Shown here: in pieces, positions 9,400 through 18,819 of the stretch | How the letters are laid out: the number at the start of each line of letters is the position of its first letter | Numbering within the stretch: position 1 is the stretch's first letter | DNA from: Tolypothrix carrinoi HA7290-LM1 | GTDB lineage: Bacteria; Cyanobacteriota; Cyanobacteriia; Cyanobacteriales; Nostocaceae | Reading direction: 5' to 3' | Assembly: GCA_019358935.1 (NCBI GenBank) | Contig: JAHHIK010000092.1 | Span: 1-33,362 of the forward strand | Length of the DNA: 33,362 bases | Translations under genes and position numbers: made by a program | Notes under the pieces: generated by a model | The model's input: the letters and a program-made list of their open reading frames with translations, nothing else | Told to the model about the DNA's origin: nothing | Database searches by the model: none

Positions 9400-9460
9400 G
9401 TTTGTAGTCAGGGATAAATGGCTCGAAAAATTAGAAGCACTCTTCGTACTTACTACGAAC
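9400..9460. repeat. Degenerate GTAG-type REP-like doublet inside the operon
   Basis: GTTTGTAGT ... CTTACTACGAAC inverted ends. The right end is related to the element at 3426-3475. Confidence 0.5.
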
Positions 9461-9542
9461 TCAACAAATGCTTTTCTCCTTTCCCCTCTTCTGTGTGTTC
9501 TCTGCGTCTGTGTGGTTCAAAAAAGAAAAGGAAATAACGGTA

Positions 9543-10931
9543 ATGACAGAAGCTATTTACAAGCACAAACTCAAACCTCTTTGGCTGTTACTCCTAGCAG
9601 TCCCCATCGCAACTACCCTTGTAGTCTTATACCTCAATTCCCAATCTTCCCAACTTCTGGCGCCTTATCGTTACTCTCTTTCTCGCTCTTTACCAGGTAC
9701 TAACAATCGTCGAGCTACCATCCTACAGGAAATCAGCCTTTACCAAGAAAAAGTCCGCCAAAATCCGGAAAGTGGCTTAAATTTAGCTTCCTTAGCTCAA
9801 GCATATTTCAATATGGCAAAGGCAACTGGTGAAAGTAACTGGTATTTACTCGCAGAACAAGCAGCTAAACGCTCCCTCTCCAATTTACCTTTCAATAACC
9901 AAAGCGCGGTGATAGTTTTGGCTCGTGTTGCCCAAGCTAGACATGATTTTACCGAAGCCATACGGTTATCCCAAGAAGTATTAAAAATTCAACCTCGCAA
10001 TCAAAATGCCCTCGCTATCTTGGTGACATGTAAGTTAGCAATGGGTAAACTACAAGAGGCAAAAACCGATGCTGATACCTTAGTAAACAAAATTCCCACC
10101 CAAGGAAACTTAACTTTACAAGCCTTGGTACTAACAGCACAAGGACAAGAACAAGCAGCAATTGATACTTTTAAATTTGCCCTAGCTATGGAAGAAGCCG
10201 GAGAAACAGGCAGTTCTGCATACACGCGGGTATTACTCGGTCAGTTTTACTACAAACACGGACAACTAGAACTAGCAGAAAACTTATATAAAGAAGCCCT
10301 ACGAATTATACCTCGGTATCCCTTAGCCCTACTGCATCTGGCAGAACTGGAAACCAGACAGGGAGAATACAAAGCAGCAGAGAACCTTTATGCCCAAGTT
10401 TTACCCAACTCCCAGAAATCATCCACAACTTACGATCATGCTGTTTTTCGGGGTAAAGCCAGAGTGAAACAACTGCAAGGTGAACAACAACAAGCAGTAA
10501 AATTATTAACCGCAGCTGAAACCTTGCTCAGACAAGAAAATGCTACAGGACATGGTAACGGTTCCTTTGGACATCAGCGAGAGTTAGCACGGTTGTTATT
10601 AGAAAAGAATCGCCCTCAAGATACCGCTGAAGCCTTATCCTTGATGCAAGCAGAAATCAAGATTCGTCGGGATGCTCAAACCCTAGATACCCTTGCTTGG
10701 GCATTATCTGACTCTGGACGCATCAAAGAAGCTCAACAAGCCATCCAAGAAGCCTTACAACTGGGTACAAAAGATGCTGCCATATTCTACCGTGCAGCCA
10801 TGATTGAAAAAGCATTGGGAAATAACCAGCAGGCTTTAACTTACCAAAAATTATCTCAACAAATCGATCCCACTTTTAACAAACAAGCGCGATACACATC
10901 AGGACTGGGATTAGAGAATTTTGGATTTTAG
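9543..10931 (+). CDS. Membrane-anchored tetratricopeptide-repeat protein
   Basis: N-terminal TM/signal segment (LWLLLLAVPIATTLVVLYL) followed by multiple TPR helical pairs. The likely start is MTEAIYK at 9543. Confidence 0.88.
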   Translation: MTEAIYKHKLKPLWLLLLAVPIATTLVVLYLNSQSSQLLAPYRYSLSRSLPGTNNRRATILQEISLYQEKVRQNPESGLNLASLAQAYFNMAKATGESNWYLLAEQAAKRSLSNLPFNNQSAVIVLARVAQARHDFTEAIRLSQEVLKIQPRNQNALAILVTCKLAMGKLQEAKTDADTLVNKIPTQGNLTLQALVLTAQGQEQAAIDTFKFALAMEEAGETGSSAYTRVLLGQFYYKHGQLELAENLYKEALRIIPRYPLALLHLAELETRQGEYKAAENLYAQVLPNSQKSSTTYDHAVFRGKARVKQLQGEQQQAVKLLTAAETLLRQENATGHGNGSFGHQRELARLLLEKNRPQDTAEALSLMQAEIKIRRDAQTLDTLAWALSDSGRIKEAQQAIQEALQLGTKDAAIFYRAAMIEKALGNNQQALTYQKLSQQIDPTFNKQARYTSGLGLENFGF

Positions 10932-10989
10932 CCTTCCTCCGCTACTGGCGTGCGTTTAAAAACTCTTCTTCCTCCAAACTCTCAAAGAC

Positions 10990-12309
10990 ATGAAAATTCA
11001 CTGGCGTAAAATTAGTGTCATTTCCTTCTTCTTATCACTGCTGTTATCAATTAGTTTTAGCGCACCTAGCCTTGCACATTGGGCAGATTTGTCAGTTGCA
11101 GAAGTTATGGTAGGCGACAAGCAAACCGCAATTACACTGACTTTTCCCACTGGCTTAGTAGCTTTTAGTGATGATAACCGGGATGGACAACTTTCCCGTG
11201 AAGAAACTGCAACCCATAAAACAGAACTTGAACAGTTTTTAGGCGATCGCATCTTTTTATCCAATGAGCAAGGTAAAAAAGGCACTGTGGCGATCGCACC
11301 TGTGGAAACAAACAATTTGCAACCAACTCTGAAAGTTAATACCAATACCCACAGTACTTTGCAACTAAATTACTCTTGGCTACAACCAGTACAAAACCAG
11401 AGAATGCATTATGATTTGTTTCTCACTGAAGCACCCGCAGCTCATTGTCTAGCAACAATCTTTCACAAAGGAAAAGTCCAAAATTTTATTTTTAACCGTC
11501 AAAACCGGGATTTTTGGTTAATTTCTGGTGCAGTCGGGCAATTTGGCGGTAGTCTTCTCATCGCGCTGATGGCTGCTTTTGTCTGGGGTGCAATGCACGC
11601 GATGTCACCCGGACATGGCAAAACCATAGTTGGTGCTTATCTGATGGGTTCAGAAGTAACTGCTCAACACGCTCTGTTTTTGGGACTAACAACAACTCTC
11701 ACCCATACTATCGGCGTGTTTATCTTGGGATTGGCGACTCTGTTTGCTTCCCAATTTATCTTACCAGAACGGGTATTACCTTGGTTAAGCATCTTATCTG
11801 GTTTTATGGTGCTGGTAATCGGTTTAAATCTATTTATTAGCCGTCTGCGGAATCACGACCATGAACACCATCACCATCACCACGATCATGATCACCACCA
11901 TCACCATCACCATGATCATGATCACCACCATCACCACGATCATGAACATCACCACCATCACTTACCCTCAAACACCCCTGTAACTTGGCGAAATTTACTC
12001 GCGTTAGGTATTTCTGGTGGACTTGTACCTTGTCCTTCAGCTTTAGTTTTGTTATTAAGTGCGATCGCTATAGGACATGTGGGTTTCGGACTAATGCTGG
12101 TTTTAGCATTTAGTTTGGGACTAGCAGCAGTACTAACAGCATTGGGATTATTGCTAATTTATGCCAAACAGTGGTTTGAGAAACTACAGTTACCAAAATC
12201 ACAGCGTCTATTAAGAATTTTGCCCGCACTCAGTGCATTTTTAATCTCGCTGATTGGCTTGGGAATCACCACGCAAGCATTAATAGAAATAGGAATAGTA
12301 CGGCTATGA
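10990..12309 (+). CDS. RcnA/NiCoT-like nickel/cobalt transporter with an exported N-terminal domain and a His-rich loop
   Basis: GAMHAMSPGHGKT, THTIGVFILG and GISGGLVPCPSALVLL are RcnA-like motifs. A 36-residue His/Asp/Glu loop with 28 His is encoded at 11854-11961. Signal peptide ends SLA-H. Confidence 0.85.
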   Translation: MKIHWRKISVISFFLSLLLSISFSAPSLAHWADLSVAEVMVGDKQTAITLTFPTGLVAFSDDNRDGQLSREETATHKTELEQFLGDRIFLSNEQGKKGTVAIAPVETNNLQPTLKVNTNTHSTLQLNYSWLQPVQNQRMHYDLFLTEAPAAHCLATIFHKGKVQNFIFNRQNRDFWLISGAVGQFGGSLLIALMAAFVWGAMHAMSPGHGKTIVGAYLMGSEVTAQHALFLGLTTTLTHTIGVFILGLATLFASQFILPERVLPWLSILSGFMVLVIGLNLFISRLRNHDHEHHHHHHDHDHHHHHHHDHDHHHHHDHEHHHHHLPSNTPVTWRNLLALGISGGLVPCPSALVLLLSAIAIGHVGFGLMLVLAFSLGLAAVLTALGLLLIYAKQWFEKLQLPKSQRLLRILPALSAFLISLIGLGITTQALIEIGIVRL

Positions 12310-12346
12310 ATATAAAATGCCGTCGTTACAGACAACATCATGTGTT

Positions 12347-12586
12347 ATGGCTTTTTACATATTGATTTTAAAAGACAAGGAGGATGAGACAGGCGTTACT
12401 TACCGCTTTGGCTCACATGAAGATCATCTAGGATCTTTGTGGCTAGATAAATCTAGCCCAGAAGTCAAAGAACTTCAAAAAACACCCGATCACAACTCGC
12501 AGGCATTTTTCCAACGAGCAGCAGTAAAGGTACGGCAATACTGGAAAAAAGGATTTTTTCCGGAAAAAACATGCTGGGCATCCTGA
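12347..12586 (+). CDS. Small hypothetical protein (~79 aa)
   Basis: Protein-like ORF MAFYILILKD...FPEKTCWAS with likely start ATG 12347, followed by a hairpin. Confidence 0.6.
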   Translation: MAFYILILKDKEDETGVTYRFGSHEDHLGSLWLDKSSPEVKELQKTPDHNSQAFFQRAAVKVRQYWKKGFFPEKTCWAS

Positions 12587-12602
12587 TAAGATGATGGCAT
12601 TG

Positions 12603-12631
12603 ATAGCCTATCATTTATTGAGATAGGCTAT
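12603..12631. terminator. Hairpin between convergent genes (probable bidirectional terminator)
   Basis: ATAGCCTATC-N9-GATAGGCTAT perfect 10-bp stem, extendable outward. Confidence 0.65.
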
Positions 12632-12663
12632 TATTAATGCTTTGTTCTTTCTTAGAGAGATAC

Positions 12664-14508
12664 CTAGAAATTCTCGAAGTTAGCGATCGCTTCCTTCATC
12701 TTCTCCATCACTTCATCTACAGGTATACTTCCCAACTCCCCTGAAGCTCGTGTACGAATGCTTAAGCTGTTGCTTTCAACTTCTTTCGCTCCCACTACCG
12801 CCATTACGGGTATTTTTTGTTTCTCAGCATTGCGGATGAGTTTACCCAGGCGATCGCCACTCAAATCGACTTCCGCACGGATACCCAAAGCTTGCATTTT
12901 CGCTGCTACCTCTTTAGTAAAAGGTAGAAACTCATCACTCACCGGCAACAATCGAGCTTGAACTGGCGCCAACCACAACGGGAAATCTCCCGCGTATTCT
13001 TCAATCAAAATACCAATCAGCCGTTCCAAAGAGCCAAAAGGCGCACGGTGAATCATCACCGGACGTTTGCGAGAACCATCTTCAGCAACATATTCTAAAT
13101 CAAAGCGTTCAGGCAAGTTATAATCTACTTGCACCGTTCCTAATTGCCACTCCCGCTCTAGAGCATCGCTAAAGATAAAATCGAGTTTGGGACCGTAAAA
13201 CGCGGCTTCGCCAATCCCCTCAAAGTGTTCCATCCCCAAAGTTTCCACAGCGCGACGAATCGCGCCTTGGGCTTTTTCCCAAGCTTCATCAGAACCAATA
13301 TACTTATCTGAGGCTGGATCGCGGAAACTGAGTCTGGCTTTAAAGTTCTTCAGTTGCAGTTTATTGAACACTGACAAAATCAAATCCACCACACTGAGGA
13401 ATTCGCTGTCTAACTGTTCTGGGGTGACGAACAAGTGAGAATCATCCACGGTGAAACCGCGCACCCTGGTTAAACCGCCTAATTCCCCAGATTGCTCGTA
13501 GCGGTAAACGGTGCCAAATTCTGCCAAGCGCATCGGTAGTTCCCGGTAAGAGCGCAACTCACTCTTATATATTTGGATGTGGAAAGGGCAATTCATTGGC
13601 TTCATTACGAAGCCTTGTTCCTGCTGTGCGGCTTCCTCATCTTCTGCCATCAAAGGGAACATATCTTCTTTGTATTTCTGCCAGTGTCCAGAGACTTTAA
13701 ATAAATCTACTCTACCGATGTGGGGCGTTACCACAGGCAAATAACCGCGTTTTAGCTGTTGTTGTTGCAGAAAGTCTTGCAGAAGAGTCCGTAACAAAGT
13801 TCCTTTGGGTGTCCACAAAGGTAAACCGGGTCCGACTAAATCGGAAAAGACAAATAATCCCAGTTCTTTACCCAATTTCCGATGATCTCGGCGTTGCGCT
13901 TCTTCTTTGCGTCGCTTGTATTCGGCAAGTTGTTCTGGGGTTTCCCAAGCGGTGGCGTAAATGCGTTGCAATTGCGCTTTGGTTTCATCTCCACGCCAAT
14001 AAGCGCCGGCAACGCTTTCTAATTCGATCGCTTTCGGGTTTAAATCGGCGGTATTTTCTACATGAGGTCCCGCGCACAAATCCCACCAATCATTGCCCAG
14101 GTGGTAAATTGTGATTGGTTCGGATTTAATATCTTGGAGAATTTCTAACTTGTAAGGTTCGTTAATTTTCTTAATTCGGCTTTCGGCTTCTTCGCGGCTA
14201 ACTTCTTCGCGAATTACGGGGATTTTGCGATTGATAATTTTCACCATCTCTTTCTGGATGGCTTTCAAATCTTTGTCGGTAAATGGTTCTGGGCTGTCAA
14301 AATCGTAATAAAAGCCGTTTTCAATCCACGGACCAATTGTAACTTGCGCTTTGGGAAACAGCTTTTGTACTGCCATTGCCATCACATGAGAAGCTGTGTG
14401 GCGGATCTTTTGCAAATTTTCCGATTCGCTGCTACGCGGTAAGTACATTTTTTCGAGTTGTTCTGCTTGATTAGAAGATGATTGTGGCGGCATCGGTTGT
14501 TGAACCAT
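12664..14508 (-). CDS. thrS: Threonine--tRNA ligase
   Basis: RHTASHVMA, DLCAGPH, AGAYWRGD, RDHRKLGKEL, KPMNCP, RYEQSGEL.GLTRVRGF, AAFYGPKLD and HRAPFGSLER motifs. Confidence 0.98.
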   Translation of the reverse strand: MVQQPMPPQSSSNQAEQLEKMYLPRSSESENLQKIRHTASHVMAMAVQKLFPKAQVTIGPWIENGFYYDFDSPEPFTDKDLKAIQKEMVKIINRKIPVIREEVSREEAESRIKKINEPYKLEILQDIKSEPITIYHLGNDWWDLCAGPHVENTADLNPKAIELESVAGAYWRGDETKAQLQRIYATAWETPEQLAEYKRRKEEAQRRDHRKLGKELGLFVFSDLVGPGLPLWTPKGTLLRTLLQDFLQQQQLKRGYLPVVTPHIGRVDLFKVSGHWQKYKEDMFPLMAEDEEAAQQEQGFVMKPMNCPFHIQIYKSELRSYRELPMRLAEFGTVYRYEQSGELGGLTRVRGFTVDDSHLFVTPEQLDSEFLSVVDLILSVFNKLQLKNFKARLSFRDPASDKYIGSDEAWEKAQGAIRRAVETLGMEHFEGIGEAAFYGPKLDFIFSDALEREWQLGTVQVDYNLPERFDLEYVAEDGSRKRPVMIHRAPFGSLERLIGILIEEYAGDFPLWLAPVQARLLPVSDEFLPFTKEVAAKMQALGIRAEVDLSGDRLGKLIRNAEKQKIPVMAVVGAKEVESNSLSIRTRASGELGSIPVDEVMEKMKEAIANFENF

Positions 14509-14994
14509 TGGCTAAGTAATTATATGATGACTTGCGATCGCTCAAGTTGACAAAAATATACCCAAATATAACAAGGGCTACTTTCTGTTGCTTTGTCAGG
14601 TTTCAAGCTATCAGGACGGCTCAATTTCCTTTATGATGCTCTTTGACATCAAAAGAGCGATTAATTACTCTGCCGCACTGCAATAGTTGCACGTTAACTG
14701 TAATATAAATTATTTTTATCTTATAGATTTATTTAATTTCTTTAGCAGTATTAAATATATCTTTCAAATAAGCCCTTTCAGTTGATCTCTGCAAAGTCTG
14801 AAAGATAATTTTTTTAACTGACTGTATGATTAGCTGTTTTCAGAATTTATATCAAACCCCTTCTATCATATCATATTTATCATAATTCAACTTGAATATA
14901 AATTTTTTCTTAAGCTGCATCTATCTGAATGCTGCAAGTACAGCTATATCTATCGGAACTGTACAAACATGCGGTGTAGCTTATATAATTTAAT

Positions 14995-15010
14995 TGTAAC
15001 GTTTTTTACA
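14995..15010. promoter_or_regulatory. Candidate NtcA/CRP-family box TGTA-N8-TACA
   Basis: TGTAACGTTTTTTACA matches GTA-N8-TAC with flanking T/A. TATAAT follows at 15015-15020, about 100 bp upstream of the DUF2605 gene. Confidence 0.5.
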
Positions 15011-15111
15011 GAATTATAATTATTTATGTCCAAAGACAGAAATAATAAAAATGTTAAGAAATGTAAATAGCGTTAATATTAGTAAGCAAGTTAGAAATAT
15101 GCCTCTGATTT

Positions 15112-15429
15112 ATGCGAGACTCAAACTTACCAGAGCCAGAGTTGTTGAAGACGGTTTTGCAGCCGTTGTTGGAAGATTTTCAGTATTGGTTTGCGCGATC
15201 GCGTCAATTGCTGGAAACTGAGCAACTCTCATTTATGAGTCACCAGGAGCAATCCGATCTACTGTTGCGAGTAAAGCTTGCTCAAGACAAAGTGAACACT
15301 GCGAAAATGCTATTTGCTGCAACTGATGGACAAGTCGGCATTGAGATGGAAACCTTAATGCCTTGGCATAAGTTAGTTACAGAATGTTGGCAGGTGGCGA
15401 TGCGCTTCCGTCAAGATCGAGAAGTTTAA
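15112..15429 (+). CDS. DUF2605-family protein
   Basis: LLKTVLQPLLEDFQYWFARS..LLE and MPWHKLVTECWQVA; divergent from thrS as is usual in cyanobacteria. Confidence 0.85.
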   Translation: MRDSNLPEPELLKTVLQPLLEDFQYWFARSRQLLETEQLSFMSHQEQSDLLLRVKLAQDKVNTAKMLFAATDGQVGIEMETLMPWHKLVTECWQVAMRFRQDREV

Positions 15430-15725
15430 TGTTTTTTAGATGAGAACTTTGCTAAACTGCTTGGCAATAGCAAAACGGTATATAAGTCGAAGAGATACTA
15501 CAAAATCGTTCAAATCCTTTGAATTAAGAAAATATTGTATTTTATGATACTTAACATTGACTGACAGTTAAAAAAATTGTCTCACATCGACATAAGCGCA
15601 CCTTATGTGCGTTAAGTATTCGCCTTACCCTGGAGTCCCAGTATCGGCAAAGTAGGGGTGGGGAATCCAAGCACCCAAAACGACAACATAAATTTTTAAA
15701 ACCGCAGCACCTGGAGGAAAAACCG

Positions 15726-16043
15726 ATGTTACACCTACTTTACATTCTTGCTTTTACGATCCTTGCTTTTATAGCCGTTGCCAACTTAATTCGCAACCTG
15801 GTGATGTTCAGTTTTGACACAGATCGAACTTATTCTAGGTCATCAATGGGGCAGGGAAACTCGGCATATATGTCATCAAGAAAACAATTTATACCCCATC
15901 CCGAGTTATTAGACAGTTCCGGAAATTTAATTAAAGAACCTCTATTAGTAATGCGTTCAGTCAACGTTGAAGATGCTCGCCAACAATTAGACGCTCTTTA
16001 TGAAGCTTCCCCAGGACAAAAGAGTGAGAAGGAAGAAGGCTAA
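15726..16043 (+). CDS. DUF2973-family small membrane protein
   Basis: MLHLLYILAFTILAFIAVANLIRNL, PHPELLDSSGNLIKEPLLVMRS and RQQLDALYEASP. GGAGG RBS upstream. Confidence 0.85.
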   Translation: MLHLLYILAFTILAFIAVANLIRNLVMFSFDTDRTYSRSSMGQGNSAYMSSRKQFIPHPELLDSSGNLIKEPLLVMRSVNVEDARQQLDALYEASPGQKSEKEEG

Positions 16044-16044
16044 A

Positions 16045-16190
16045 TAGTTAGGAGTTAAGAGTGATGGGTTATGAGTGAAAGTTAGGAGTTAAGAGTGATG
16101 AGTTATGAGTTAAGAATTAAAACTCCGCTCCTCATAACTCATAACTTTTAACTTCTAACTCCTAACTCATAACTTATAACTCGTAACTAA
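16045..16190. repeat. Heptamer STRR array in inverted arrangement between convergent genes
   Basis: (GAGTTAN)n at about 16045-16115 followed by the complementary (TAACTCN)n at about 16130-16190. Confidence 0.88.
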
Positions 16191-16191
16191 A

Positions 16192-18471
16192 TTACGCTTC
16201 GATAACTACACGGAGATTACCGCGTTTTTTGGCGACGCGACAAGCAGTGGTGTTACCAGAGCGTTCAAATTCTAAATCGAGAACGGTACCACCAACACGC
16301 AAATTGTGGAACGACAAACGATTAATCGACTCTGGCAAAGCGGGGTCGATTATTCGCAAGCAGTTATTTTGAGCATCAGGCACCAAGTTGACCATCATTT
16401 GCAGTAATTGAAAGATACTGCCAGTAGCCCAAGCTTGAGGAGTACAAGCAACAGGATATTGCACGGGTGCGTTATCACCGTTACGTTCATAGCCGCATAA
16501 AAGTTCTGGGGGACGGTGGTAGGGTTGCTGGCTAGTCATATCGATCAAGCCTTGGTACAATTCTAAAGCTTGATCGATTAAACCAAGCGATCGCAAACCC
16601 ATTGCAATGAGCGCGTTGTCGTGGGGCCAAACTGAACCAATATGATACCCCATCGGATTGTAAGCTGGTGACAAACTACTTAGGGTGCGAATGCCCCAAC
16701 CATTAAACATATCCGGTGCCCGCAACCGCTCTGCCACACTGTAAGCTTTTTCTGGGGTGAAAATTCCTAAAAGCAGACAATGACCGGGATTTGAGGTAAT
16801 GCTATCTACATGCTTACCGTCTCCATCCAAAGCAAGAGCGCAGAAATCCTCGTCTTCCATCCAGAAATCTCGATTAAAACGAACCTTCAGATTTCTTGCC
16901 TCTTCTTGCCAGCGGTCAGCCAAATCAAGCCGCTTTTTCATCCTGGCAATTTCTGCCAGACGCATTTTCGCAGCGTACACATAAGCTTGCACTTCACAAA
17001 GGGCAATTGGTCCGCTTGCTAATTCTCCCTTGCGGTCTACAATACAATCACCAGAATCTTTCCAGCCTTGGTTAGCAAGACCGCGTTTAGATTTGCAATA
17101 GTAGCTTAAGTAGCTAGTTTCTTTAGTATTGCGATCGATCCACTCCATTGCGGCTAGAGCGTTTGACCAAAGTTGCTCTAGAGTTTCTTGATCGTGAGTC
17201 CAAGTGTAGTATTCAGCATACAACATCAGCCACAGAGGAGTAGCATCAATAGTACCGTAGTAGGGCGTGTGGGGAATTTCTTGACAACGCGCCATTTCTC
17301 CCAATCGCAACTCGTGTAAAATCTTACCCGGTTCCTCTTCCCGCCAATCATCTTCACTTTTACCTTGGTATGCGGCTAAAAGAAAAAGAGTTTCTTTGGC
17401 GATTTGCGGATTTAACATTAAGCTTTGGTAAGCTGTAATCAGCGAATCCCGCCCAAATAGTGAAGAAAACCACGGCACACCGGCGGAAACAGTTTTGTGC
17501 TTGCCAAAAGACTGCCGCAACAAATACATATCTTGTTCCGCTCGTTCGATGACTCGATTAAACAAGCTTTTATCCGAGCGAATTCGGGTAATTTGTTGTC
17601 CCCAGTGCTGTTCTTCCATCACCTCAGCGGCTTTTGCTTGTGCTAAGGTGGCAGGGGCACTTACAGTAGAGCTAGATTTGTTGTTTGTTAACATGTTCAC
17701 CCGATAACCCAGTTTTTGGGTTTCGTGGGAAGCCAATTCAAACCGCCAAACCGCTGTGTAACCTTTGAAATAATCGGGGATTCGATGCTGGAATTGAATG
17801 CGCGATTCCATGATTTCGCCATCTAGACCTTGATAGGCTAGTGTCAAAACTTCTGCTGTCGCTGTTGTTTGTATCGGGGAAACGCCATCACCTGTTAGTA
17901 TTGCTTCCTCAGTTGTTGGGTCTACTAGGCGCAAAAGTTTACCGCGTTTCTGTCTGTCATAGCCCCGCACTTCAAATAAATCGACGAAATCCGCATCAAA
18001 GCTGATACTTAGTTCAAAGGTGATGGTAGTTGTGCTATAATTGGATACTTCTATTTCTTCAAATAGTGCGCCGTTGAGGACAAGTTCGCGGCGAATTCCT
18101 ACAGTGTCGGCATTTAGGCGATCGTCAATTCTGGGATTAGTACACAAAACTGAAAGTGAAAATCCTTTGTCGGCAGTACTGCTGAGGAGAACAGGCGATC
18201 GCCCTTCAATCTGCAACTCCAAACGACTGAGAAATCTCGTATCAGAGCAAAACAGTCCCATACTCGGGTTGCTGTCGTTGAGCGAACAACCAGATATATT
18301 GCCGATAGTATCGGTCACGAAAAATAAATCATCATCTTTAACAGTAAGTGTCGGCTGTGGTCTTTGTGTTACCACACTGGGCCATTCTGGGATAGGTATT
18401 TGTTCTGCATGTACAAAAGTTTTTCCGTCTAGCGAAATTTTATCAGCGAAGAACTGCTTATCCGGTGTCAT
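16192..18471 (-). CDS. Amylo-alpha-1,6-glucosidase / glycogen debranching family protein
   Basis: DTRFLS, DFVDLFEVRG, AGVPWFSSLFGRDSLI, EEPGKILHELR, YYGTIDATPLW, NQGWKDSGD, YHIGSVWPHDN and PVACTPQAWA motifs. Confidence 0.93.
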   Translation of the reverse strand: MTPDKQFFADKISLDGKTFVHAEQIPIPEWPSVVTQRPQPTLTVKDDDLFFVTDTIGNISGCSLNDSNPSMGLFCSDTRFLSRLELQIEGRSPVLLSSTADKGFSLSVLCTNPRIDDRLNADTVGIRRELVLNGALFEEIEVSNYSTTTITFELSISFDADFVDLFEVRGYDRQKRGKLLRLVDPTTEEAILTGDGVSPIQTTATAEVLTLAYQGLDGEIMESRIQFQHRIPDYFKGYTAVWRFELASHETQKLGYRVNMLTNNKSSSTVSAPATLAQAKAAEVMEEQHWGQQITRIRSDKSLFNRVIERAEQDMYLLRQSFGKHKTVSAGVPWFSSLFGRDSLITAYQSLMLNPQIAKETLFLLAAYQGKSEDDWREEEPGKILHELRLGEMARCQEIPHTPYYGTIDATPLWLMLYAEYYTWTHDQETLEQLWSNALAAMEWIDRNTKETSYLSYYCKSKRGLANQGWKDSGDCIVDRKGELASGPIALCEVQAYVYAAKMRLAEIARMKKRLDLADRWQEEARNLKVRFNRDFWMEDEDFCALALDGDGKHVDSITSNPGHCLLLGIFTPEKAYSVAERLRAPDMFNGWGIRTLSSLSPAYNPMGYHIGSVWPHDNALIAMGLRSLGLIDQALELYQGLIDMTSQQPYHRPPELLCGYERNGDNAPVQYPVACTPQAWATGSIFQLLQMMVNLVPDAQNNCLRIIDPALPESINRLSFHNLRVGGTVLDLEFERSGNTTACRVAKKRGNLRVVIEA

Positions 18472-18819
18472 TAGGCAAATTTCCGTGTACAGGTTTATGT
18501 GGTGGTTCTAGCAGCGTCTGCAAAAAAGACGCTTTCAAAATCCATTTGAGCCATTGAGCAAAAATGATACTCATATACAGCGACAAAAGGACATGCACAA
18601 AAGCTATATAATTAAATCTTTATAATTGTATATTTTTTAAAATTTTTGTAAAGGCAAATCTCAGGCGGAAAATTAAAAACTTTTACTTAATTTATTTAAG
18701 GCTGTAACTGAGAAAGCGTAAGGCACACAGACTATTCAGCCTGCGTTGAAAATTAACGGCTTTTGCTCTCGGTTCGGCGATCCGGATTGTATGAAGGTTT
18801 CTTTATATTCATTGATGTT

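Noticed and set aside
14510..14700. T-box or other attenuator upstream of thrS
   Set aside because: Only an imperfect hairpin (GCTCTTTGA..TCAAAAGAGC) is visible. I found no T-box consensus or specifier structure.
15600..15720. c-di-AMP (ydaO) riboswitch call for the DUF2973 leader
   Set aside because: The hallmark conserved segments could not be aligned, so it is kept only as an unassigned structured leader.
18041..18511. 156-aa plus-strand ORF and other antisense ORFs (e.g. 840-1166, 8005-8376, 8500-8859, 10998-11345, 13809-14114, 32823-33197)
   Set aside because: They are shadow frames over well-supported genes and have no recognisable motifs.
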